Source: Eukaryota sp. GEM-RC1
Taxonomy: Eukaryota
NCBI GenBank assembly: GCA_040285855.1
Contig: JAUFOQ010000010.1
Location: 806,001 to 870,000 of the forward strand
DNA length: 64,000 nt
Direction: 5' to 3'
Made by a program: the position numbers and the translations under genes. Below the pieces are notes generated by a model. The model ran no database searches. It saw only the letters and a program-made list of their open reading frames with translations, and was not told the origin of the DNA. Positions 12,780 through 25,452 of the stretch are shown here, piece by piece (positions within the stretch are counted from its first letter, which is position 1; each line of letters starts with the position of its first letter).

Positions 12780-13690
12780 TCATTTTCCACAATTGTATTT
12801 TCGTTTAATGTATGGTGTTTCTTCTGATTTAGTGTTTAATTCATACCTCATCAAGTCAACTAGAGGTGTTAAACAAGGTGATCCACTTGGTCCTTTTTTT
12901 CTTTTGTCTCACATTACAATCAGTTTATATCAAATTTAAAGAGAAACACCCTGAGGTGGATTTTGCACCTATGTTAATGATTCTTCATTGATTGGACCTA
13001 TGGGTGTTTTACAATCGAGTCTTGATAATTTTCTTGAGCTTTCCAAATCTACTGGTTTGGAGATCAAATTGACTAAGTGTTTCTTGATCGGATGAGAAAA
13101 TGCTAAAATTATATATGGTACTGAAGTTATACAGTTCATTAACTATTCTGTTGAGTTTATCAAATTTTTCGGTTCCTACTTTGGAAACCGAGGTAAAATT
13201 TTAGATAGTTTGTATAATTCTTTGAATAAGCTTCAATCCCAGTTAGAATCAATTCAAGATTTAAAAACTGAAAAACATTTCGATGCTTTTTCGATGCTTT
13301 CAGTTTGTTATAGTTCAAAGATTAATCATTTTTTGTCATCTATACCTCCTGATATTTCAAGGAAGTAGCTCAAAAATTCAATGAAGTAGAACTAAATTTT
13401 TGAGCAATCTTGTAAACAAAATTGAACCAAACTTCATTATCATGCATTCTTTTCTGCTTCTTTTGGTGGTGTTGGATTTTCTAGAGCGGAATATTTGTGT
13501 CGAAGTGCATATCTTGGAGGTTTCAAAAATTTCCTTTCGAATTCCGTTTGACATTTGGAACAAGTGTTTTCCTAAGTCAATCTCTTATATTCCTGATAGA
13601 TCAATCGAGTTTCTACATTTATCTGTTGTAAAATTGCAAAATTGTGTTTTACATGACTTGGAAGACTTCCATCTTGCTAAACGTCTTAGT
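12780..13690 (+). mobile_element. Degenerate non-LTR retrotransposon RT fragment
   Basis: STRGVKQGDPLGPF (12857-12900), YVND, GLEINLTKC, CYSSKINH and GGVGF, with stops and frameshifts. Same family as 26632-28845. Confidence 0.8.
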
Positions 13691-14859
13691 GTTACTAAGG
13701 TAAATAATCCCGGTTGGTGTCACCAACCGATACGATGCATGGTATCATCCATGGTTTATCTGGATGATACCATTCACCCGATGATTGAAGCTATTCATTT
13801 ACAACTCAACTCATTTGTTCCATTCATAGTTAATTTTCCAACATTTCTCACATCAGTTCTTGACCCTAGGTTAAAACGAATCACATTGTAGTCAATAAGG
13901 ACTATCTCTTTTTGAAGAAGTCAGAGGTAGATCCAGGATCCAGCGAACTTGACGAGTGTGCCGACTTATCAGAAACAGATAATTTCGTACCTTTAGAGAA
14001 AATTGATGAACTAGATAACTCCCTACAAGAAAGACCTTCTAATTCCTGATCTATTGACTACTGAAAGGTCAATTTACGGAGATTTCCATCATTAGCTAAA
14101 ACTGCACGGGATTGCTTTTGTATCCAGGCCACTTCAGGTCCTGCTGAACAACCTGTTTCACAATCAGATTTAGTGGATACTTCAAAGCGTTTAAAGCAGT
14201 CTAAATGATGACATTATACAGGGCCAACTATATCGGCGGTTGTGGAACAGATTGAAGTTATAGTTGTGGTGATAATATATTGGTTTTAATTTGTTTGTTC
14301 TTCTACAAAAACTTTACTTAAGATTGACTAACGTAAGAAATATTCGGGGATGTTGATGACAATGACACACGTGCTTAGCCCCCCCCCACGAGGCTTAAGA
14401 AATGACCACTTTTTGGGTGCCACGTGTCACTATGCATCATAACTTGGTGATTTCAAGTCGACGTGACGTCAAGTTGCGTTAGATGACATCAATAATGTTG
14501 ATATTTGTCCAGCAACCAAAGAAAAAGCAGGTACAATTTGACATGTTGCCATTTAAGTGTCTCAAAATGGAGAAGTCTGGAAAGTAGCAAGTAATTAGTG
14601 TAATAAAATTAATACAGCTTTCAAATTTGGTCATGGAACGCCTATTAGAGTTGTATACTCAAATCAACAACACACTAAACGCACGCAGAGAATCCAAAGT
14701 CAGCATCGTCACCTGACTAAAAAGTCAATAAATTCCCTAACATGCATCTGGTACTCATCATCAGCCACTATTTGTTTCACTTCTGATGATTTACTTCTCA
14801 GATTGCCCAGAAAAGAAAGTTAATATGATCCAAGCCGAAGAGCCGTCAAAGTCTTGTGA

Positions 14860-15300
14860 CCCGCCTGCCTTTCTCAAAAGTGGAAGTAGTAGTGGTCTTC
14901 TTGACAGAGACATTCTTGACAATTGAGGTTCCTCGTGTACAACAACTCTTACAGAGAACTCTTCTTCTTCCTGTCATCAACTGTTATTGTGACTGTACGT
15001 TGCCACGTCATTGTCTTCCGTCCGTTTCTTCTACCGTTTCCCCGCCCGGGTCTCTTAACCTTTGGACGTCCTACTTTTGGGTTAGCGATTGGTGGCTTGA
15101 TTGATTCGCCCAAGGTAACTTGTTGTACTCTGAATACATTATCCTCATATGCTTTGAACAGATATGAATATAGAGTTGTTACAACCTCACCAGTAGAGGT
15201 TGAACTTCAGAAACATAGTAGCGGGACAAGCACATCAGAATACGGTAAAAGTGCTTCTGACTTGTCCTAAATAAATGAACACTTCAACTAATCTTGAACG
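14860..15300 (-). mobile_element. Possible MULE transposase C-terminal remnant
   Basis: Minus strand gives YLFKAYEDNVF..IKPP..KVGRPKVKR then CKSCC, resembling the post-SWIM GRPKxKR/zinc-knuckle tail of MULE transposases. Confidence 0.45.
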
Positions 15301-15755
15301 TTTTCGATTAAAAAGAGAAGCAATACGAGACATTGTAATAGCAGAATTACCATGTCAAGATCAAAGTGAATACAAGGGATAGACCTTTGTCAATAGAACA
15401 CCATATGAACGATGTGGTTGTAGTAAGTGTTTTGTATGTACTGCGAAAGTACTTGATTGTTATGTTCACAATGCAGCAAAACATTGTTAGGGATAAAAAT
15501 GAATTCAAAGATAAACAATTAAAATATTGATAAATTTTGAAATTTGTAAAGAACATTACTTTCTCTACAGAACAGGCTCATGAATAAACAATTATTAATT
15601 AGCGGGACAAAATCCTTCTAGTTGAGTAGCATATACGAAATCATATGAGGAGGAGGAAGCCAACATTGCAAATTTTAAAATTAGTCCTGAAATGTAAAAA
15701 TTGACCTTGAAAAGAGTATTTCCAAAGAAAACGTGTATGAAATAGAAAAAGTCGT

Positions 15756-17034
15756 TCAACACTTAATACGATCATTTGAAATAGTTCTGATTAATTGAAT
15801 GTTTTCCTTATCAATAGAGTTTTTGACTAAATTAATACCAATAATTGAGGAATTGTACTGAATGCTATAAGCTAATTGCATAGCTCCTTCAGTAACAATC
15901 GAATTTCCCCATAGATTGACTTTAGTCAAAGTAGAATGCAATTTCAATCCATGAGCCAAAGCTATAGCTCCTTCATTTCCAATAGAGTTATTCCGAAGAT
16001 CTATTTCAATAAGAGTTGAATTGACTTTTAACATTTCGGCAAGAGCAATCATACAAACGTCATCAATAGAATTATGATTAAGAGATATTTCAGTAACAGT
16101 AGAATTCATTTTCAAAGAATTAGCTATTGCGATACCACCCTTAGACCCAATAGAATTACTTCGAAGCTTAATTTTAGTAATTGAACAATTAACTTTCAAT
16201 GCTTCAGCCAATGCAATTGCACCTTCAGCCTCAACACCAGCAAGTTCTAGATTAAGTTCACATAGAGAAGAATTAACTTTCAATGCTTCCAGCTAATGCA
16301 ATTGCCCCTTCAACTCGAATATAATTCCACCCTAAATGAATTCTAATAACTGTAGTATTTAATCTTAACCATGAACCTAAAGCTACTGCACCTTTAGGAC
16401 CAATGAAGTTTCTACTGAGATTAATGTCAGTAATAGTAGTATTAAACAACAGTGATTCACTCAATACAATGATTTGGTGATCAGAATCTGTATCAAAATC
16501 ACTGTCTTGCCCAACAAAGAGGTCCAGACGTTTAAGTTGTGGAAAGAAGAAAGGAGAAGAGAAGTTCAAAAAGTTAAAGTCTGAAGTAAGCTCAATATTC
16601 AACTTTAATCCTGAAATCACGTGACGTGATGAGAAAAGAGCTTCAGGGTCGAAACAGCGGTCCACGTGTAAGAAAAGAGATCGAACATTTGCACCAAAGA
16701 ACGAAGCAAGTGAAAGTAGCTGAGAAAGTTGTTCAGAAGCAATCGGAAAAGTGTGTGTTTCCAATAACACTTGTAGTGATGGATAAGTAGAATCAAAGAA
16801 ACGTTAACTCACGTAACCAAGTTTTTCAAAGAAGAAGGGAAGTTTCTTTATTAAAAGAAGGAAGGGAAGATGTGGATCCCAAAGGTCTTCCTCAAGAGAG
16901 AACTTGAAAATACGATTGAGGAAGTGAGAATTGACAAGTACAAGCAAAGAGAATTGAAGCCTGATGGGCTGGAGAAGACGGTGTTTGCAGGAATGAATGT
17001 GGGAATATGTAGTAACTGACATAAACTTGGACAT
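15756..17034 (-). pseudogene. Divergent LRR family member (8 LRRs) with in-frame TAA (16804-16806) and a frameshift near 16290
   Basis: Three ORF pieces join to give RLQFSLLVLVNSHFL..FEKLGYVS*RFFDS..ISGLKL..FPQLKRL plus 8 LRRs. Confidence 0.8.
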
Positions 17035-17727
17035 GAGTGATTCAACACAAACAAAGCGACTTGACTTGCGAAATGACTTGTGCTGATAAAGATACTTCGT
17101 CAATCTTGCTTATCCTAGTTAACACCAATTTAGTAAGAAATTCTAGCTGACTAAACTGACAACTTACACAACATTGACTAAAAACACAATATAGTCAGTT
17201 TCCCTATTAATATAAGTACAAATAAAAAATACAGTTCAAGTCTACGATTTCCAAGTCAATTCGAACAATTTGACTTGGGTCAAATGAGAAAAAATGATTT
17301 GACTTGAAAATCAATTGAGTCAAATAATTCGTCAACACTACAAACAAAGCTTTACCGCTCCATTGTTGTCACAACTATACTTTTGCCAGGCATCCTTTAT
17401 TTTAGGAAAAAATAATCCACCCTTGGTTTCTTGTTGCTGACAAAACCGTTTCTATCCCTGCTGTTTATACCAGCAGGGATAGAAACGTGGTAGTGATTCA
17501 GCCTCACTACTATCACATAAGTCGTGTCTGGGGCTGTCTTGTGCTTTATTGGCGATGTATAACGCAAAATCAGCAACATATTAATCTCCTTCAACGAACC
17601 AATCAAACAATCCTCAAACATGTGTTAAGACGTGACGACTTACTATGTTCTGTTCAGGAAAAAAGCAAGAGTACAGTACATACATTGGAATACTTTATGG
17701 TCAACCAAATATTGAAGTCAACAAAAT

Positions 17728-18246
17728 CTATCTAAACTCCTTACAAGGATCAGTTTTCCCACACACAGAGCAACCTCCACGACTGAATTGACCAGAAGGG
17801 TAATACTTAATCGTAAACTGCTCATTGACAAAGAGATGAGCCTGCTCACGAGCCCAATTGGCGCACTGACTGTGACTTCCTCTGTAAGGCCAGTCACAGC
17901 CACTAGGGCATTTGCATCTGGTTATAGGGAATATGAAATCAGCATTAGAGTCAACTATAGGAAGAATGGCATCTGATAAGGAACGTTCAAAGACTTCAGT
18001 AACACTTGAGCTATCATCGGAAGAACTGGAGATGTAGATGTCGCAGAGACTGCAACTTCCACGTGAAAAGTGATTAACGAAGGTACAACGAGCACCAGGA
18101 GAAACATCAAGAGATTTAGCAGTTCTCTGACAGAAACAGAAGCAATTAGCATGAGAACCTCTGTAAGGAAAGCTACATCCACGTGGACAACGACAGCCAG
18201 CCCAAACAATGGTCAATATAAGAAAAAGGAGAGTGATAAGTCTCAT
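17728..18246 (-). CDS. Secreted two-module cysteine-rich protein, family copy 1
   Basis: 172 aa: hydrophobic signal peptide, CRCP..YRG..CFCFC..GSCSLC module, acidic Ser-rich linker, CKCP..YRG..GGCSVC module. Three paralogs in the window. Confidence 0.9.
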   Translation of the reverse strand: MRLITLLFLILTIVWAGCRCPRGCSFPYRGSHANCFCFCQRTAKSLDVSPGARCTFVNHFSRGSCSLCDIYISSSSDDSSSVTEVFERSLSDAILPIVDSNADFIFPITRCKCPSGCDWPYRGSHSQCANWAREQAHLFVNEQFTIKYYPSGQFSRGGCSVCGKTDPCKEFR

Positions 18247-18427
18247 TCACTTGTCAATAATAGAAACTGACGTGTGAATCCCCAAATCAGAAACACCACT
18301 GTAACATGTCTACTCTACGTGTCAAAAGTGAGATTACTCACTAGTACTTTTGCAGCGCATTCTTAGCTGCTGCAGAAGTACACTTGGTTTCGTTATCATT
18401 GAAATATAAGAGAAGGTGTTTTACAAC

Positions 18428-18569
18428 TACACTGGTCACAACAATTAGTCTCACTGAGACTAATTTTCATCTGACGAAATTTGCCTCCAAAAGTGCCAAA
18501 AGGGACAAAACATAAATTAGTCTCAGTGAGACTAATTTTCCACTGAGAGTAAATATTGTGACCAGTGTA
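18428..18569. mobile_element. 142-bp MITE with TA-CACTGG ends
   Basis: Perfect 14-bp TIR tacactggtcacaa / ttgtgaccagtgta. Internal palindromes tagtctca(c/g)tgagacta, shared with 25453-29125. Confidence 0.8.
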
Positions 18570-18925
18570 CAATTCTTGCCTTCTTCTGACGTCACTGAAT
18601 ACAGGATTGTGTGGTTTTGTTGAGTTGAATTGGTGTTTGAGACCGCATTTTGTCAGTATTTTTAACAAATTTTTGCTGGCATTGTATATATTGTAGTATA
18701 ACTTATATAAAACGTTCAAGTCAAAAACTATATACGGAAATAAAGGGTACTTGTGAAGTTGTCTAGGTTTTTTGTACAAAGAAACAGGTAGACATGTGGC
18801 GTGCTTTTGCGTGTTTTTGACAAGATGTGTCCACGCGTGTCTTCGAACACTGTTGTACAATACAGAGAAAAACTTTGATATGAGGGTTTATAGTATAATG
18901 CTAAAACTAAAATGTAAAACTATAA

Positions 18926-21350
18926 TCAATAATTCCGTACAAAATTTCGAATAATCTCATTAGAGGCCACGACGCTATTGAGAATCATTGAAAACAATTG
19001 ATAACTGACATCTTCTTCTTCAACAAGAGTTTTTGATATTTTTCGGAACAACAGAATATAAATCACTAACGTAACAGAAAATACAAATAAAATCAACAAA
19101 ACAATTAGAGTTCGATTAAGAGAAACTGATGACGACAGCTCAGAATGAAATACATCAATTGAATCCAGACACAAATGCGCAAGTCTATAGCTAGTATCAA
19201 GAATTTCCTCAATCAATGGCGAGTTAATATCCCAAATCACGTGAGATTCTTGATACATTACTGCTGTAACTAAGTTTACATAACGATGAAGCAGATAATC
19301 CAAACCACTTGTTTCATTTACATAAACATTGACCAGGTCCTTGTTGAAGTTTGTTCCATATACAAGATCGTTTTGGTTGGGATAACGACCAGCAACTGGC
19401 CCAAGAAAGTTTGAAGAAGATCTATATTGTAGCGATGCATGGATGTTAAATAGCTTAATGACATTGGTTTCTAATCTATTACAGTATTCATCACGTGATT
19501 CAGGGTAAATAAAGGCGGAAAAAACGTCAGCTCCAACTTCATATATAGTAGAGGCACGTTGACCAGCGAGCTGAAGTTGTTCAGGCCATGTTTGTACCAT
19601 TAAAGTTGAAAATAATGCATATGTAAAGAAGATGACAACTGAAATTCCCAATCAGGAAAGAGCATATAGTGATTGATTGTGGAACTTCTCCATCGTGACC
19701 AATCTGATTATCTGCTTGACGTGACTCGCGAGCTTCTCCACAGGAGTCAATGTGAACATGATATACACTATTAAAGTCAGTACAACTACCGGAGCCACTG
19801 TAAAACTAACATCAACAACCGCAGCCATTATTCCTCCTTGAAGGCCATGAACATCACGAATAGTTGACGTGATCAAAACTTCCTTTGGCTCATCTAGGTA
19901 AATCCTTTCAAATTCCTCAATAGAAGTTAGGTAATCACGACCCATGATGACGTGATAGGAGAGCTCATGCTGGGCGGCAGAACTTCGATGTTTTAAATCA
20001 TAAGTCGTATTTGTTAGAATTGTTTAAATTGAACCTTCTTGGCTCAAATAGAATAAGGTATCAGTGGAAGTAATATTAACAACGTCCCGCTGAAGGTTTT
20101 CCAATGAATTAAATACGGGAGAATTCAAGTTGTGAGCATTGGCTGAGATTACAGTAACAATGTCTTGTAGTTTGAACATTTGTTGTACTATCTGAAGAGA
20201 TGACGTGATGGAGTTCTCGATAACAGCAACTGCATCCTTATTGAGAGGATGGTTGGGATTTTTGGCACCATCCAATATTTTCAATATTTTGGAAATTTGA
20301 TTGGCCATACTAGTTCTAAAGTAGAGCTGTCAACGGCCTGAGCCGAATGGTTTGGCTTGTAAAATTCCAAACTGGTTCGACTTTGGCTTGAGCCATTTGA
20401 GTAAACCGAACCAAAGTGACAAGTCGACTTGAAGCCGAGCCAAACCGATATTTTTTCGGTTTGAATGAACAAATATTTTGTAATTGTTTCTATTGAAGAA
20501 ACTTATCACAAACTACTGTCGTTTTACAAAGGTGGATGAATGCCTTGATGTCTTGTGAATCTAAAGAATGAGCAGATTCATCGTTTTCGTCATCACTACA
20601 ATAAACTAATTGATAGCCATAATTGAGACAATCCTTTAAACATTAACGAAGTTAAAGGTTCGTCTTCAAGTGATGAAGTTGTTTTGCACTTGATATGGTC
20701 AGCAACGGAAAAAACCCTTTCACAGGGAATTGAACTTACAGCAACGATCAGAAAATCTCTGCCAAAGAAGGATATTCTTTACTGTGCAATTTCCACTGTA
20801 CAAGCTGACATGATTTAATATCGTTTGGATACAAACTCTTGTACCTTTGAAATTGATCTTCTTCCACTATAACCTCATAACCATCTGGGGCAGTGATGGG
20901 AAACGTAAGAATCCTTTGTGAATTTTCTGTCATGAGAGAGAGAAGCAGTAAATCTACAATGGTAAGAATTTATTAGTAATGATCACAATTATGAGTGTGC
21001 TAGCGGTATTTCTATAACTTTTTGTATTTGTTTGTACGTCTTATGAATCGATGTATGTAATGAACTTGGTTAACTTGTTCGTTTACTATTTATATTGTTC
21101 GAAGTAAGTTCAAGCCGCGGCTTGAGCCGAATGGTTTGGTTTGGAGAAATCCAAACTGGTTCGGCTTTGGCTTGAGCCATTTGAGTAAGCCGAACCAAAT
21201 TTCGATATGACTTGGCTCAAGTCGTTCGGTTTACGACTTGAGCCGAACCGTTTGACAGCTCTATTCTAAAGTCAATAAATTGGTTATAAGCAGATAAAGA
21301 ACCAGAAAATAGGAAACGATATAGCTCTACATTCATCTTAGCTGTATAGA
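18926..21350 (-). pseudogene. 3' part of a TmcB-like membrane protein paralog, interrupted by a hAT insertion
   Basis: Collinear and highly similar to 51871-53330. Nonsense codons at 19652-19654 and 20024-20026. Insertion at 20322-21263. Confidence 0.85.
20322..21263 (-). mobile_element. Non-autonomous hAT element with 8-bp TSD
   Basis: TIR TAGAGCTGTCAA. TSD TTCTAAAG at 20314-20321 and 21264-21271. Internal WKLHSKEYPSLAEIF..SIPCERVFS matches the hAT dimerisation domain. The paralog has the empty site at ~53252. Confidence 0.95.
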
Positions 21351-21626
21351 AGTCTAGGAAAGCTTCTTCTTCAGGAATTTCATTAGTAGATTGATACAAA
21401 ACATAAGTATTTTCCAGCACTTGGAGTTTATGAACACCTTTATTATATACTGATACCAGTAGTATTTCGCTACTGAATTTCTGATAGTATTATTGTGAAG
21501 CATCTTCGAAATTGTCTGACCTGTTACAAGGAAATGATTCCCATCTAATTTATTACAATCAACAAATGAGAAGGGCATGAAGACATACTGTATTAGGTCA
21601 AACGTATATGTATTACTTCAAATATT

Positions 21627-23603
21627 TTAAAAGTGTATTTTACAAATGCTACTAACTGTTAACGCATCTACCAGATCTATAACAACTTCATTTTCAATAT
21701 TGTTTTCCCCTAAATCAAGACTTGTAACTGTGTTGTTAATCTTCAACGCATCTAACAATGCTCTAGCACCAGCATCTCCAATAGAGTTGTTTCTCATACT
21801 AATAGTTGTAACTGCAGAATTAAACTTCAACGCATCAGCTAATGCAATAGCGCCTTCATCTCCAATAGCGTTACTCATAAGATCAATGGTTATAATGGTA
21901 GAATTAACCTTTAACGCATCTGCTAAATGTCTAGCACCTTCAGCTCTAATAGAGTTGTTCCACAGGTCAATATTTGTAACTGAAGTATTCACCTTCAACA
22001 CATCTGAAAATGCTTTAGCACCTTCATTTTCGATAAAGTTACACATCAAATTAAGACTTGTAATTGTAGTATTAACCTTTAACGCATCTGCTAAATCTCT
22101 AGCACCTTCAGCTCTAATAGAGTTGTTCCACAGGTCAATACTTGAAACTGTAGTATTAACTTTCAACATCTCTGCCAACACTTTAGCACCTTCAGTTCTA
22201 ATAGAGTTCCATTGTAGATCAACACATGTTAAAGTATTATTAAATTTCAATGCTTCTGCCAACGCTCTAGCGCCTTCATCACCAATAGAATTCCGTCCCA
22301 GCATAATGCTTGTAACTGTTTCATTAACTTTCAACGCTTCTGCCAAAGTACGAGCACCTTCATCACCAATACTGTTCCAACCAAGATCAACATTTATAAT
22401 TGTGGTATTGACTTTCAATGCATCTGCCAAAGCGCTAATACCTTCAGGTCCAATAGAGTTGAACCGCAGATTAATACTTGTAAGACTAACATTAGATTTT
22501 AACGCCTCTGCCAGTGTCCTAGTACCTTCAGCTCCAATAGAAGAATCACTCAGGTCAATACTTGTAATGGTAGTATTAACATTTAAAGCTTCCACCAATG
22601 CTCGAGCACCTTCATCTCCGATAGAGTTTTCATCTAAATGAATACATGTAACAGTAGCATTAACTTTTAACGCCTCTGCCAATGCCCTAACACCTTCAGA
22701 TTCAAAAGAGTTGCATCCCAGGTTAACACTAGTAATTGCAGTATTTACTTTTAAAGCAGCTGCCAATGCTCGGGTACCCTCATCTCCAATAAAATTTTCA
22801 TATAGATCAACACTTGTGACTATATTGTTGTGTTTTAAAATTTCGATAAATGACTTAGAAAGATTGGAAGCAGCATCCACAGCTACATGAAGCTGCTTAA
22901 GACGTGGAAAGAACAAGGAAGACTTGTTGACAAACTCCAAGTCATTGTGGTTTCTCAATGTCAGCTCTAATCCTGAAATTACACTAGAATAATTGAGAAA
23001 ATCTTCAACATTAAAGTTCCCACCAACATGTAAGAAAACAGACTGAATTTCTGCTCCAAAGAAAGACGCAAATGAACAGAGTTGAGGAAGATCTTGAGGT
23101 GTTACATGGAACGTGTTTGTGTGGAAAAACACCTTGGTTGCTAGAAGAGCAGATTCAAAGAAATGATGGCTTACATAGCCAACTTTCTTGAAGAAGGTAA
23201 GCAAGTCATCCTGCAAGTTACACAAAGCAAGACGAGGTTCGTAACGATTCAGTTCAGGCGAAAGTACCGACAAATGACTGAGGAAATGGAGATGTATCAA
23301 AGTAAGGAGGGACTGTTGGAAGTGTAAGTGATTGAAAGGAGAAAGAGTGGAAGAGCATGAATGAGATGGCACATTAGAGCTAGGAGTGAGGGAGGAGGAG
23401 ACGGAAGAGGATCCATTGAACACAAGAACGTCAGTAACTGAAACATTATCCTCCAATTGATGATTGCAACACATGTAAGTCATGTTTGGTGAGGGAAATG
23501 GCCTCATGGCTGAAATCATCAACAATGAACTCGTTTCAGAAGCAACATGAACCTTTCCTCGTTCATGTACTTGTAGATCCTTAATGTTCATATACTTCGA
23601 CAA
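21627..23603 (-). CDS. LRR family protein (shared N-terminal domain + 14 LRRs)
   Basis: Intact 658-aa ORF with 14 x 28-aa RI-like repeats. True start may be a downstream ATG. Confidence 0.92.
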   Translation of the reverse strand: MSKYMNIKDLQVHERGKVHVASETSSLLMISAMRPFPSPNMTYMCCNHQLEDNVSVTDVLVFNGSSSVSSSLTPSSNVPSHSCSSTLSPFNHLHFQQSLLTLIHLHFLSHLSVLSPELNRYEPRLALCNLQDDLLTFFKKVGYVSHHFFESALLATKVFFHTNTFHVTPQDLPQLCSFASFFGAEIQSVFLHVGGNFNVEDFLNYSSVISGLELTLRNHNDLEFVNKSSLFFPRLKQLHVAVDAASNLSKSFIEILKHNNIVTSVDLYENFIGDEGTRALAAALKVNTAITSVNLGCNSFESEGVRALAEALKVNATVTCIHLDENSIGDEGARALVEALNVNTTITSIDLSDSSIGAEGTRTLAEALKSNVSLTSINLRFNSIGPEGISALADALKVNTTIINVDLGWNSIGDEGARTLAEALKVNETVTSIMLGRNSIGDEGARALAEALKFNNTLTCVDLQWNSIRTEGAKVLAEMLKVNTTVSSIDLWNNSIRAEGARDLADALKVNTTITSLNLMCNFIENEGAKAFSDVLKVNTSVTNIDLWNNSIRAEGARHLADALKVNSTIITIDLMSNAIGDEGAIALADALKFNSAVTTISMRNNSIGDAGARALLDALKINNTVTSLDLGENNIENEVVIDLVDALTVSSICKIHF

Positions 23604-25452
23604 TTGATCTTATCCTTATGAGTTAGGACGGTTTTCCTACTTCCAATAGTTTTTCTTCATCTGTATCTACTTCTCTTTGTGTCATCACCTTGACTATCAA
23701 TCTCTCTTTCCTTATGATGACGTGATCATTCTGTCTTTTGTCTTTCTCTGCTTTTTCAAGTCTTGCTCATCGGTACTCGTGAATTGGTGGTTGTTGTTCT
23801 TTATACAAGTACTTTCACTGAACCTAGTATTATTTGATGACGTGATACATGATGACGTGATCAATGAAACGATTCTTCTTGTCTACTATTTTGTTTATCA
23901 TCAGCTCTTTGGTGTTTCTTTCTTTTAGTTCTTTATGAGTCATTTTCTAATCCATTGCTACACTCTTCACAACAATTAGTCTGAAATCATACACTTGCCG
24001 TATCGAGTAAAGTACAATTCTGTCATGAATCAATTTTGCAGAGGTATACGTATCCAGTACTGTTTCTGGATTTCTAATGAAGGTGCAGAAGATAGTCTTT
24101 AAATACAATGTAACATTTACGAAGACAAGTTCAAGACCAATCATGGTTTTTTGTTTGAAATATTTTCATGGTCATTTATTAATCTGAATCACTATTCTGA
24201 TTCAGGATATTTGTATTATATATACTTGATGATACGGTCATTAACTTCTCTTTAATTATTGATATTTGTTTCTAGTATTAGTTTTAGTTCAATACGATTG
24301 TGAAAGTAAGTTTCATTATTAGGATTCTTCAAAAGCATCAAGAGGATTGGGTAAGTCTTCTTTATCAGACAAGAATGTAACAAGGACAAATTCACCAATA
24401 CCAACTAGTTCCAATCCCTCTTCCAATGAAAAACACAGAGTTCCTTACGATATCGTCTTAAGCGGATGACGTCATCAGAACCAGCTACGGACGATATCAT
24501 CCTTAACTTTGGAACAGCAGTCTAGTGGGGAAGAAAAATCGGGAAGAACATCTTGTACTGCTTGTACGCTGCTCTTTTTTTAGATGTTGAGAGTTCATAT
24601 GATCCCTCATTGTGTCGACGGCTTCCGAGTAAGGAGTGGTTTTGGAATCCTGCTTACAAAGAATACACTGGAGTTTGGAGTTTTCTACAAACGTAAAAAA
24701 TTAGGGGTTTATCAATAATTACAGGACTACATTATTGAACCCGAGAAGTCAAGGGGGAGTAAGTGGCGGGTCACGACGGATCATTAAAAAATCAACGAAC
24801 GTGACCCAACATAAACAGTATTAAGGGCATCGACGTGACGTGACGTCGACGAAACTGGCGACCCGTCATTTCCGATTTTGACACAGTTTATGTTTACTTT
24901 TCATTCCATAGGTTCAACCAAATAGACTTGACTTTATAAATATCGAAAGGATCAGCAGGTTGAATCATTAATCATTGTATACACTAATCACTGTTTACTG
25001 ATAACTCTGTTGTAAGTCAGCTTTTAAATCTCAATGAAACGAGTTTCGCCGCTTTCTTCAACTGACGGAAAACTATTAAACAAATGGAATCGATCATTAC
25101 TGCCTCTATCTGACTGGCCATTGAGCACCACAGAAAGTAAGCAAATGACACAACCACTTGGACAACTATCAATGGAACCAAGGAGATGATGTGTACCATT
25201 TTCAAGAGAGTAGGAGTTCGCTTCAAAGGCTGAATCCGGATGAAACACAAAATTGGCATTGATTGCTGCTTTATAAAGAAACATCTTCAATAAGTGGGCT
25301 TGTTCAGTTGCTGTTGGTGCTGATTCATTGAAGAATACATACATTACTTTGATTTTCAAGGGTTTTGTTTGTTTCCTGGCAAAAGAAAAGATAACGCATA
25401 TATGGCACGTGTTTGCATCAGGGAACGAATCTAGATGTTGAGAGCTCGCAAG

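Noticed and set aside
13711..13729. 9-bp perfect inverted repeat cggttggtg-t-caccaaccg
   Set aside because: Isolated at the edge of an RT fragment, with no Helitron CTRR end or other supporting context.
14200..14280. ATGATGA box-C-like motif (snoRNA?)
   Set aside because: No properly placed CTGA box D or terminal stem.
16804..16806. In-frame TAA suggesting TAR=Gln recoding
   Set aside because: TAA and TAG terminate clear genes here (protease, aminopeptidase, LRR and Cys-rich paralogs), so the standard code fits.
19652..19654. TGA at a position that is Cys in the paralog (possible selenocysteine)
   Set aside because: Lies in a copy that also has a TAA nonsense codon and a transposon insertion, and is not in a redox motif.
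21646..22641. Long antisense ORFs over LRR genes (also 3483-3908, 6515-6751, 32777-33451)
   Set aside because: Shadow frames produced by the repetitive LRR codon pattern, with no independent protein features.
24440..24500. Minus-strand CTGATGA with a following stem, hammerhead-like
   Set aside because: The required GAAA reads GATA, and stems I/III cannot be formed convincingly.
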